This document shows, piece after piece, positions 47,688 to 55,861 of a DNA stretch of 58,733 nt (the stretch's first letter is position 1; each line of letters opens with the position of its first letter). The stretch lies in assembly GCA_036377375.1 (NCBI GenBank), contig DASUYO010000064.1, positions 1-58,733 of the forward strand, read 5' to 3'. The notes under the pieces are model-generated. The model did not search any database and had not been told where the DNA came from. It saw only the letters and a program-made list of their open reading frames with translations. A program made the position numbers and the translations under genes. The stretch is from Pyrinomonadaceae bacterium (GTDB lineage Bacteria > Acidobacteriota > Blastocatellia > Pyrinomonadales > Pyrinomonadaceae).

Positions 47688-48825
47688 TTACAGTTTTCTC
47701 ACAAAACATCTTCCCGGCAGCGCTCTCACCAACTCTCGAATCTCCAAATTGAGCAGCGCAGCCGTGAGCTCCGAAATCGGGAGCTCGCTCTTCTCAAAGA
47801 GCCAATCCACATGCGCGGGGCTGTCGGGCGTCAACAACTTAAAAACGGACGTTTCCGACGGCGACAATCCTTCCGGAACGAATGACAAGCGATCTTCGAT
47901 CGATGTCTCTTTCTTTCGTTCGCTAAATGGTGGCGGCAACAGCGTCGCCGCGATTTGCTGCGGCAGCTCAGCAGCGATGTCCTGCCACTGCTGTACCAGC
48001 TTCGCTCCGGCGCCTTTGATCAGATAATTCGTGCCGAACGAATTCCGAGAAGTGATATTTCCGGGAACAGCAAACACTTCCCGATTCTGTTCCATCGCCA
48101 GCCGCGCGGTTATCAAAGAACCCGAATTCTCGGCCGCTTCCACAATTACCACCCCGAGACTCAGCCCGCTAATGATGCGGTTGCGGTACGGAAAGTTTTC
48201 CGAGACCGGCGGCGTCCCAAGTGGGAACTGGCTCACCACCGCCCCGCCGCGGTCGAGTATTTCCGTCGCTAACTTCTTGTGATCACGGGGGTAAACCTCG
48301 TCGATTCCTGTGCCGAGAACGGCCACCGTCCGGCCGCCCGCGTCCAGCGCGCCTCTGTGCGCCGCGGCGTCGATTCCCCGCGCAAAGCCCGAAATTACGG
48401 TCACTCCGCGCTGCGCCAAGTCTCGCGCCAGCATGATTGCGGAGTTCTGCCCGTAGGTCGAACACCTCCTTGACCCTACCACACCAATGCACGGTCGGTC
48501 CAAACAGTCCGCCCAGGCGCCTTTGACGTACAGAACTATAGGAGGGTCGTAAATCTCCCTTAAGGATGAGGGATAAACCCCGTCATCCAGCAAAAGAATC
48601 TCGCCACCGAGGTTCTTGACCTCGGTGATCTCGGCTTCAGCGCGAGGGAGCAAATCGCGGGCGATTATGGTATCGACAGCCTCGGGCGGCAGTCGCAACT
48701 GGCTCCAGCTCGGCTCGTGTGGCCTTGTAAACAGCCTCGGCAGAACCAAAGCGCTCGAGGATTTTGGCAGCGGCGCGAGGACCGATGCCTGGTGTCATAT
48801 TCAACTCAACCCAATCTCTGATCAT
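47688..48825 (-). pseudogene. dprA: DNA-processing protein DprA, interrupted by a +1 frameshift near 48701
   Basis: The Rossmann core (VVGSRRCSTYG...) is in the frame of 47688-48749. The conserved N-terminal HhH segment (MIRDWVELNMTPGIGPRAAAKILERFGSAEAVYKATRAELE) is in another frame (48637-48825). Confidence 0.75.
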
Positions 48826-48869
48826 GTGAGGAATTCCTTGTAAAGAACTGTTAGATCGGCTTGCGGTCC

Positions 48870-48968
48870 TGGCGGAGGCGTGTAGGAATCGAACCTACCT
48901 GAGCCCGCTCTCACGGTCTCACTAACGGTTTTGAAGACCGCGCCGTTCACCAGAACAGATTCGCCTCC
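48870..48968 (-). tRNA. selC: tRNA-Sec (anticodon UCA)
   Basis: 99 nt: GGAGGCGAAT CTGTTC-TGGT-GAACGG ... GCGGT-CTTCAAA-ACCGT ... long variable arm ... GTAGG-TTCGATT-CCTAC ACGCCTCC G CCA. The 6-bp D stem with 4-nt loop, long extra arm and encoded CCA match the E. coli selC layout. Confidence 0.85.
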
Positions 48969-48998
48969 ATCTGAGGCCCGGATTGTCGGAAGCACCAA

Positions 48999-49027
48999 AC
49001 CCTACGCGCCATACCCTGAACTGTCAA
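48999..49027 (-). promoter_or_regulatory. candidate sigma-70-type promoter for selC
   Basis: The minus strand reads TTGACA, a 17-nt spacer, then TAGGGT, ending 30 nt upstream of the tRNA 5-prime end. Confidence 0.4.
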
Positions 49028-49086
49028 GTAAGTAAGATCATATCGATGCCAGATGAAATGCAGAAGCGCTTGCCTAAACTACGGCA

Positions 49087-49425
49087 GTGCCGTATGATTC
49101 ACAAGTGCGCACTGTAGCCGAGACGGCAGTCTTTCAGCGTTATGCAGAAGAAGTCTGGACCGAAGACGAACGAAACGAATTCATTAGTTGGATAGCTTCC
49201 AATCCAACAGCGGGGGATGTCATACCAGGCAGCGGGGGATGTCGAAAAGTTCGTTGGAGCAGCTCCGGCAGAGGCAAGCGAGGTGGTGCCCGAGTCATTT
49301 ACTTCAATGAGACGGATCAGACTATCTGGTTGCTAATCGTCTACACGAAGGCCAAGTTCGACAATTTGCCGAAAGAATTCTTGGCCAAACTGAAACTTTG
49401 CCGAAAGAATTCTTGGCCAAACTGA
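49087..49425 (+). CDS. RelE/ParE-superfamily (HigB-2-like) toxin
   Basis: AVFQRYAEEVWTEDERNEFISWIASNPTAGDVIPGSGGCRKVRW...GKRGGARVIYF...WLLIVYTKAKFDNL is typical of this toxin group. The start is a GTG at 49087 or 49105. The C-terminus is altered by a 32-bp duplication. Confidence 0.8.
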   Translation: MPYDSQVRTVAETAVFQRYAEEVWTEDERNEFISWIASNPTAGDVIPGSGGCRKVRWSSSGRGKRGGARVIYFNETDQTIWLLIVYTKAKFDNLPKEFLAKLKLCRKNSWPN

Positions 49426-49428
49426 AAC
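49365..49428. repeat. perfect 32-bp direct tandem duplication
   Basis: tttgccgaaagaattcttggccaaactgaaac occurs twice back to back (49365-49396 and 49397-49428). Confidence 0.97.
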
Positions 49429-49440
49429 AAGGAGTCGAAA

Positions 49441-49722
49441 ATGCCCTCTGAAATGAAAGCCTTCCAGCAAGATCTACTCAACTCCGTGAAGCAAATGCGC
49501 CGCGGGCAGGCCGCACGCGTTACTCGCGTCAAAGTCCCACAGGCGGCTGAGGCACGTTCGCGTGTAGGTCTCTCCCAACAAGATTTTGCGCGTCTGCTCG
49601 GCGTTTCTGCCCGCACCTTGCAAGATTGGGAACAAGGCCGTCGAAAACCGACTGGTGCAGCCAAGACACTTTTGCGCGTCGCGTTCAGTCATCCCGAAGT
49701 ACTGCTTGAGCTCCATCGCTGA
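49441..49722 (+). CDS. XRE-type HTH antitoxin (NadS/HigA-2-like)
   Basis: LSQQDFARLLGVSARTLQDWEQGRRKPTGAAKTLLRV HTH region. It lies immediately downstream of the toxin gene. Confidence 0.82.
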   Translation: MPSEMKAFQQDLLNSVKQMRRGQAARVTRVKVPQAAEARSRVGLSQQDFARLLGVSARTLQDWEQGRRKPTGAAKTLLRVAFSHPEVLLELHR

Positions 49723-49758
49723 ACCTAGATTTGACCTTGGCGCCGTTCTCGCCTAAGA

Positions 49759-49776
49759 TTCGAACGAACGTTCGAA
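49759..49776. promoter_or_regulatory. perfect inverted repeat TTCGAACG-AA-CGTTCGAA, candidate TetR (PaaR-like) operator upstream of boxC
   Basis: Read directly from the sequence. It ends 18 nt upstream of the boxC ATG, and a TetR regulator is encoded in the same cluster. Confidence 0.5.
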
Positions 49777-49793
49777 CTGAAATCTTGTTAATC

Positions 49794-51434
49794 ATGTTAA
49801 ATCCTGAAAATCCTGTCGTCTCGTTTCAAACGTCGCCGGAGCAGTACTGGCACTGGAAGCTCAACTTCAACGGCGCTGTGGCGACGCTGTCGATGGACGT
49901 CCAGGAGGACGAGACACTCGCTGATGGCTACAAGCTCAAGCTCAACTCGTACGACCTCGGCGTCGATATCGAACTGGCCGACGCCGTTCAGCGGATCCGT
50001 TTCGAGCACCCGGAAGTGCGCGTCGTGGTAATCACGAGCCTGAAGCCGCGGATCTTCTGCGCGGGCGCGAATATCTACATGCTCGGTAGCTCGTCCCACC
50101 CGTTCAAAGTGAACTTCTGCAAGTTTACCAACGAGACTCGCTGCGCTATTGAAGACGACTCGAAACACTCCGGTCGCCGTTACATTGCCGCTCTCAATGG
50201 CACAGCGTCAGGCGGTGGTTACGAGTTGGCGATCGCGTGCGATGAAATCTATCTCGTCGATGATGGCAACTCGGCTGTTTCCCTTCCCGAAGTTCCGTTG
50301 CTCGGTGTGCTGCCGGGAACCGGTGGTCTTACGCGTTTGGTCGACAAGAGAAAAGTGCGACGCGATCGCGCTGATGTTTTCTCGACCTTGGCGGAAGGTT
50401 TGAAAGGAAAGCGCGCGAAGGAGTGGGGACTGATCGACGGCTACTTCCCGACCAGCAAGTTTCAGGAGTCGATCGATGCACGCATCAAGCAGCTAACTGA
50501 TGGACAATCTTCGTCCGATCGAGGCATCAAACTCAATCCACTTCAGGTTGAAACAACTGCCGACTCGCGAAACTACAAGTACGTCAAGCTTAAACTCAAT
50601 CGTGAACAACGTTACGCGGACTTGACAATTCACGCACCAGACGGCCCGCAACCAACTACAACAGACGAGATTCATGAGCTCGGTGATTCATACTGGCCGC
50701 TAAAAGCATATCGTGAGCTCGACGATGCGCTGCTGCACCTGCGCGTCAACGAGCCACTAATCGGTTTGATCTGCGTGTGCACGCAAGGCGATGCGGAGAC
50801 AGTATTGAAGATTGATGAGACGTTAGCCGCAAATCGCGACCACTGGCTCGTGCGCGAAATACTTCTGCACATCGCCCGCGTGCTGCGACGTCTCGATCTA
50901 ACTGCGAAGAGTTTCTTCGCGATTGTCGAGCCGGGAAGTTGCTTTGCTGGAAACCTGCTCGAGCTGCTGCTCGCTTCGGATCGCAGTTATATGTTGATGG
51001 ACTCCGACGCTTCGATCGCAGTTTCTGAATTGAATGCCGGCGCGTTTCCGATGAGCAATGGTCTAACGCGGATGCAGTCGCGATTTCTCGCTGAACCCGA
51101 GAAGCTCGATGAAGTGTTTGGCGACAAAAAGACCTTCGATACGGAAGAAGCAGAGGAGCTCGGGCTCGTCACGTTTGCGCCCGACGATCTCGACTGGGAG
51201 GACGAGATCCGCGTCGCGATCGAAGAGCGTACTTCGCTGTCGCCCGATGCACTGACCGGCATGGAAGCTTCGCTTAGGTTCGCCGGTCCGGAAACGATGG
51301 ATACAAAGATCTACGGTCGTCTGACGGCATGGCAAAACTGGATCTTTCAACGTCCCAATGCAGTCGGCGAGAAGGGCGCGTTGACAAACTATGGTAAGCC
51401 AACGCAGGCCCAATTTGATTACAAAAGGACTTAA
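49794..51434 (+). CDS. boxC: 2,3-epoxybenzoyl-CoA dihydrolase (benzoyl-CoA-dihydrodiol lyase) BoxC
   Basis: About 546 aa with two crotonase-like halves. It lies immediately upstream of boxB, and its length and layout fit BoxC. The ATG is at 49794. Confidence 0.8.
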   Translation: MLNPENPVVSFQTSPEQYWHWKLNFNGAVATLSMDVQEDETLADGYKLKLNSYDLGVDIELADAVQRIRFEHPEVRVVVITSLKPRIFCAGANIYMLGSSSHPFKVNFCKFTNETRCAIEDDSKHSGRRYIAALNGTASGGGYELAIACDEIYLVDDGNSAVSLPEVPLLGVLPGTGGLTRLVDKRKVRRDRADVFSTLAEGLKGKRAKEWGLIDGYFPTSKFQESIDARIKQLTDGQSSSDRGIKLNPLQVETTADSRNYKYVKLKLNREQRYADLTIHAPDGPQPTTTDEIHELGDSYWPLKAYRELDDALLHLRVNEPLIGLICVCTQGDAETVLKIDETLAANRDHWLVREILLHIARVLRRLDLTAKSFFAIVEPGSCFAGNLLELLLASDRSYMLMDSDASIAVSELNAGAFPMSNGLTRMQSRFLAEPEKLDEVFGDKKTFDTEEAEELGLVTFAPDDLDWEDEIRVAIEERTSLSPDALTGMEASLRFAGPETMDTKIYGRLTAWQNWIFQRPNAVGEKGALTNYGKPTQAQFDYKRT

Positions 51435-51475
51435 CCACAGATTGCACAGATTTCTACCCGGATTTCGCAGATAAG
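51435..51475. repeat. family B-like units in direct orientation in the boxC-boxB spacer
   Basis: ccacagattgcacagatttctacccggatttcgcagataag. Confidence 0.7.
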
Positions 51476-51478
51476 AAT

Positions 51479-52876
51479 ATGAATTTATACGATCGCATTC
51501 CTAACAACGTTAATCTCTCCGAAGACAAGAAGCTTCAGCGTGCACTCGAGAAGTGGCTGCCAAACTATCTCGACTGGTGGCGCGAGATGGGGCCCGAGGG
51601 TTTTCAGGAAAAAGACGTGTGGCTGCGCACGGCTGTCGACGTTGGCTCAGAGGGTTGGGCCCACTTCGACTACGTGAAGATGCCTGACTACCGTTGGGGC
51701 ATCTTTCTCGAACCGCCACAACCCGACGCGAAAGTCGGTTTCGGTGACAACTACGGCCGCCCTGCTTATCAGGAGGTTCCGGGTGAGTTTCGCAATGCGT
51801 TGCGCCGGATCATCGTGACGCAGGGCGACACTGAGCCCGCGTCTGTCGAACAGCAACGACAACTCGGCAAGACCTGTCCTTCACTCTACGATCTTCGAAA
51901 TCTTTTTCAGGTGAACGTCGAAGAAGGCCGTCACCTCTGGGCCATGGTCTACCTGCTGCACGGCTACTTCGGACGCGACGGCCGCGACGAAGCGGATGAG
52001 CTACTGGAACGACGCAGCGGCAATCCCGACAAGCCGCGCATCCTCGAAGCGTTCAACCAGCCCTGCGACGACTGGCTCAACTTCTTCGCGTTCACAATGT
52101 TCACCGATCGCGACGGCAAGTATCAGCTTTCAGCTCTCGCGGAATCAGGCTTCGAGCCGCTGGCGCGCACGTGCCAGTTCATGCTGACTGAAGAAGCACA
52201 TCACATGTTCGTCGGCGACACAGGCCTGGGCCGCGTCTGCCGCCGCACTGCGCAACTGATGAAGGAAGGTGACGTGCGCGAGCTCGGCGGCATTCCGCTC
52301 GACATCATTCAGAAGTACATCAACTTCTGGTTCAGCTACTCGCTCGATCTTTTTGGCGGCGAGATCAGCTCCAACTCCGCTGACTTCTTCGCAGCCGGTT
52401 TGAAGGGTCGCTACAAAGAACGCGAGCAGTACACGGATCATCTCGCGGCGAATGAAAACTTCACGATGACAGTCGTTGAAGATGGTCAACTGAAAACGCG
52501 CGAAGTGCCGCTCAGAAATGCTTTGAATGAAGTGTTGCGTGGTGAGTATGTCAAAGATTGTGAAAAGGGATTGGCGCGTTGGAACAAGGTGATCGCACAA
52601 GAAGGTGTGAGTGAGCGTCTTCACTTACCGCATCCACGTTTTCACAGACACGTCGGCGAGTATGCCGGTCATACGTTCGATCTCCAAGGCAATCTGATCT
52701 CGAAGGAAGAGTTTGAGCGACACAAATCAGAATGGCTGCCGACGATGGGGGATCGAGAGTACGTGCGTAGTCTGATGCACCCGGTTTTTGAGGTTGGAAA
52801 GATTGCCAATTGGATCGCACCGCCGGCTGCGGGAATTAAAGGAAAACCGTTTGCGTTTGAGTATGTAAGGCTCTAA
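51479..52876 (+). CDS. boxB: benzoyl-CoA 2,3-epoxidase (oxygenase) subunit BoxB, di-iron
   Basis: N-terminal RIPNNVNLSEDKKLQRALEKWLPNYLDWWREMGPEGF and di-iron ligand helices (VEEGRHLWAM, LTEEAHHMFVG). Confidence 0.88.
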   Translation: MNLYDRIPNNVNLSEDKKLQRALEKWLPNYLDWWREMGPEGFQEKDVWLRTAVDVGSEGWAHFDYVKMPDYRWGIFLEPPQPDAKVGFGDNYGRPAYQEVPGEFRNALRRIIVTQGDTEPASVEQQRQLGKTCPSLYDLRNLFQVNVEEGRHLWAMVYLLHGYFGRDGRDEADELLERRSGNPDKPRILEAFNQPCDDWLNFFAFTMFTDRDGKYQLSALAESGFEPLARTCQFMLTEEAHHMFVGDTGLGRVCRRTAQLMKEGDVRELGGIPLDIIQKYINFWFSYSLDLFGGEISSNSADFFAAGLKGRYKEREQYTDHLAANENFTMTVVEDGQLKTREVPLRNALNEVLRGEYVKDCEKGLARWNKVIAQEGVSERLHLPHPRFHRHVGEYAGHTFDLQGNLISKEEFERHKSEWLPTMGDREYVRSLMHPVFEVGKIANWIAPPAAGIKGKPFAFEYVRL

Positions 52877-52883
52877 AGGCACG

Positions 52884-53543
52884 ATGTCGCGCTACGATCA
52901 AAAGTTGGAATTCATTCTTCGCACTGCGGCGCGTATCTTTGCCGAGAAGAGCTATCATTCGACTTCGATGCGCGACATCTCGCGGGCGACGAATGTGAGT
53001 CTGGCCGGCCTGTATCATTACTGCAAATCGAAAGAGGAGCTGCTCTTTCTCATTCAGGACAACTGCTTCGGTCGCGTGCTGGAACGCCTGGAGGAGCGAC
53101 TCGAAGGCGTCGAAGATCCAGTGACAAAGCTCGGCATCTTCATCGAGAATCATCTTTCGTTCTTTGCTGCGAACATGTCTGAGATGAAGGTGCTCTCGCA
53201 CGAAGCGGAGTCTCTTCGCGGTGATTTGTACACTCACGTCTCGACACGTAAAGATAAATACACCAAACTCGCGCGCAAGATTCTGGGCGAGCTTCAAGAG
53301 AGCCAGCAGAATAAACAGATTATCGATCTTACAGTCGCAACGTACGCACTTTTTGGAATGATGAACTGGATCTACAACTGGTACGATCCGCAGGGCAAGC
53401 TCAGGGTGCACGATCTGGCCCGACACCTGACGCAGCTTTTTCTGGGCGGCTTTTCACCGGGACTTCTTCCTGGGCCAGTGAGCACTAATACACTTCCAAA
53501 GCAACGTGAGAATCTGAGTATTTGGCGAGGCACTGCCGGATGA
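52884..53543 (+). CDS. TetR/AcrR family transcriptional regulator
   Basis: N-terminal HTH IFAEKSYHSTSMRDISRATNVSLAGLYHYCKSKEELL. Confidence 0.9.
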   Translation: MSRYDQKLEFILRTAARIFAEKSYHSTSMRDISRATNVSLAGLYHYCKSKEELLFLIQDNCFGRVLERLEERLEGVEDPVTKLGIFIENHLSFFAANMSEMKVLSHEAESLRGDLYTHVSTRKDKYTKLARKILGELQESQQNKQIIDLTVATYALFGMMNWIYNWYDPQGKLRVHDLARHLTQLFLGGFSPGLLPGPVSTNTLPKQRENLSIWRGTAG

Positions 53544-54265
53544 ACTTCTATTCCGACGAAACCTACGGCGAACACGTCGCCGGCGTTTATGACGAGTGGT
53601 ACTCGGATTATGATCCGCAAGCGATCGATACGCTTGCGGAGCTTGCCGGGGGCGGTCCAGCTTTGGAGTTGGGCATCGGTACCGGCCGCATCGCTCTGCC
53701 GTTGGCAACCAAAAACGTCGAGGTTCATGGAGTCGATGCTGCTCCATCAATGATTACACGATTGCGTGCGAAAGCAGGTTCCGAGCGCATCACTCTCACG
53801 CAGGGTAACTTCGCTGATGTTCCAGTCGAAGGCGAGTTTGCGCTCGTCTACATCGTCTTCAACACTTTTTTTGCGCTCTCCAGTCAGGACGAACAAGTGC
53901 GATGTTTCCGCAACGTGGCCGCGCATCTATCACGCGACGGCTGCTTTGTGATTGAAGCATTCGTCCCTGATCTCACTCGCTTCACTGGCGGGCAGGTCAA
54001 CTGGGCCACAAAGGTAACGGCGGACGAAGTCCAGTTGGACGTAGGTCAACACGATTCTGCGGCACAAAGAGTGATTAGCCAGAAAGTCGTTCTCACGGAT
54101 GGCAGTGTACGACTCTATCCGGTGCAGATCCGCTATGCCTGGCCCTCAGAATTGGACCTGATGGCGCAATTGGCAGGTTTGCGATTGCGCGAGCGTTGGA
54201 GTAGCTGGCGGCGCGAGCCATTTTCTTCTGAAAGCCAGAAGCACATTTCGGTTTATGGGTTCTAG
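53540..54265 (+). CDS. class I SAM-dependent methyltransferase
   Basis: Motif I ALELGIGTGRIALPLA. The ATG at 53540 overlaps the tetR stop (ATGA). Confidence 0.82.
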   Translation: MNFYSDETYGEHVAGVYDEWYSDYDPQAIDTLAELAGGGPALELGIGTGRIALPLATKNVEVHGVDAAPSMITRLRAKAGSERITLTQGNFADVPVEGEFALVYIVFNTFFALSSQDEQVRCFRNVAAHLSRDGCFVIEAFVPDLTRFTGGQVNWATKVTADEVQLDVGQHDSAAQRVISQKVVLTDGSVRLYPVQIRYAWPSELDLMAQLAGLRLRERWSSWRREPFSSESQKHISVYGF

Positions 54266-54268
54266 ATA

Positions 54269-55072
54269 ATGACGGAAACAAACTCGAAACTCGATTATCA
54301 AACGCGCGACGGTGTTGCAGTCATCACGCTCAAGGATCCCCCGGCAAATACGTACAGTTACGAGATGATGCAGCAACTCGATCGCGCGATTCTCAACGCG
54401 CGGATGGATGAAGCTGTTCAAGTAGTTGTGCTCACCGGCAAAGGCGAGAAGTTCTTCTGCGCGGGCGCCGACATCGAGATGCTCGCCAATGTCACGCCGA
54501 CTTTCAAGTACTATTTCTGTCTTCACGCAAACGAGACTCTTAATCGTCTGGAACAAACTCCAAAGCTCGTGATCGCGGCAATCAATGGGCACTGCGTGGG
54601 CGGTGGTTTGGAAGTCGCGATGGCAGCCGACATTCGCATCGCACGAAAGGGTGCGGGTAAGTTAGGATTGCCCGAAGTTTCATTGGGCGTGCTTCCCGGA
54701 ACAGGTGGTACGCAGCGTTTGGTGCGCATTGTTGGTAAATCAAAAGCGATTGAGTTGATGGTAACGGGGCAGTTGTTTGATTTCGAGCGCGGTCTCGAGC
54801 TGGGCATTCTGAATCAGATCCTTGAAGCAGGGACGGGTGAACGTTTTCTCGAGATGGTCCATGGTTACGCGCGACAGTTCACGACGCCAAACAAAGCCGC
54901 GCACGCAGTCGGCCGCATCAAGCGCGCCGTTCAGACCGGCTCGGAGATCTCGTTTGAATCTGCCCTCGCACTCGAGCGTGAGCTTCAGCAACAGCTCTTC
55001 CAATCTGAAGACGCAAAGGAAGGTCTGGACGCTTACGTGAACAAGCGCAAGCCCGAATTTAAGGGGCGTTAG
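54269..55072 (+). CDS. enoyl-CoA hydratase/isomerase family protein
   Basis: Crotonase motifs FFCAGADI and GHCVGGGLEVAMAADIRIA. Confidence 0.9.
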   Translation: MTETNSKLDYQTRDGVAVITLKDPPANTYSYEMMQQLDRAILNARMDEAVQVVVLTGKGEKFFCAGADIEMLANVTPTFKYYFCLHANETLNRLEQTPKLVIAAINGHCVGGGLEVAMAADIRIARKGAGKLGLPEVSLGVLPGTGGTQRLVRIVGKSKAIELMVTGQLFDFERGLELGILNQILEAGTGERFLEMVHGYARQFTTPNKAAHAVGRIKRAVQTGSEISFESALALERELQQQLFQSEDAKEGLDAYVNKRKPEFKGR

Positions 55073-55861
55073 ATGTACGAGCACATTGAAATTGTAGAGA
55101 CCGCCGGCATCATGACGATTACTTTGAATCGTCCCGAGCGGCTGAACGCGTTCATCGGCCACATGCGACGCGACCTGGCCGAAGCGCTCGAGCACGCCGG
55201 CAGCGATCGCAACGTTCGCGTGGTGATCATCACCGGCGCGGGCCGGGCGTTCTGTGCGGGCGGCGACGTCGCGTTTATGGCCGAGTTGATGCAACGTCGA
55301 GATGCGGAGGAGTTCTCGCGCATACTTGGCGCGGGCCGTCGTGTGATCCTCGCGATTCGGCAGATGACCAAACCAGTAATCGCTGCGATCAATGGTCCAG
55401 CTTCGGGCGCCGGTTGCAATCTCGCTCTCGCATGCGATCTTCGTATTGCATCCAGCACGGCAACCTTTAGCCAGTCGTTCGCGAAAGTCGGACTGCATCC
55501 CGATTGGGGCGGAACGTATTTCCTGCCACGCCTGGTTACGCCGAACAAGGCGTGCGAGATGTTCTTCCTCGGCGAGACGATCGATGCTGCTGAGGCTGCT
55601 CGACTCGGAATCGTCAATCAGGTTGTTGCGCCGGAGGACTTGGAGACTGCGACGATGCAGCTTGCGGAGCGACTGCGAGCAGCGCCACCCATCGCACTTG
55701 CAGCAGCAAAGCATGCAGTTTACATGAGCCAGGCGGCCGAACTTGAAGAGATGCTTCGTTACGAAACCGAAGCGCAACTACGCTGCTTCGACTCTGACGA
55801 CGCACATGAAGGGGTGCAGGCATTTCTCGAGAAACGCGAACCGCGATTTACAGGCCACTAA
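55073..55861 (+). CDS. enoyl-CoA hydratase/isomerase family protein
   Basis: Crotonase motifs AFCAGGDV and GPASGAGCNLALACDLRIA. Confidence 0.9.
   Translation: MYEHIEIVETAGIMTITLNRPERLNAFIGHMRRDLAEALEHAGSDRNVRVVIITGAGRAFCAGGDVAFMAELMQRRDAEEFSRILGAGRRVILAIRQMTKPVIAAINGPASGAGCNLALACDLRIASSTATFSQSFAKVGLHPDWGGTYFLPRLVTPNKACEMFFLGETIDAAEAARLGIVNQVVAPEDLETATMQLAERLRAAPPIALAAAKHAVYMSQAAELEEMLRYETEAQLRCFDSDDAHEGVQAFLEKREPRFTGH

Noticed and set aside
49026-49036. The sequence aagtaagtaag near the selC promoter resembles a half-site of the 40178 TetR palindrome.
   Set aside because: It is only a half-site with no symmetric partner, so it is most likely coincidence.
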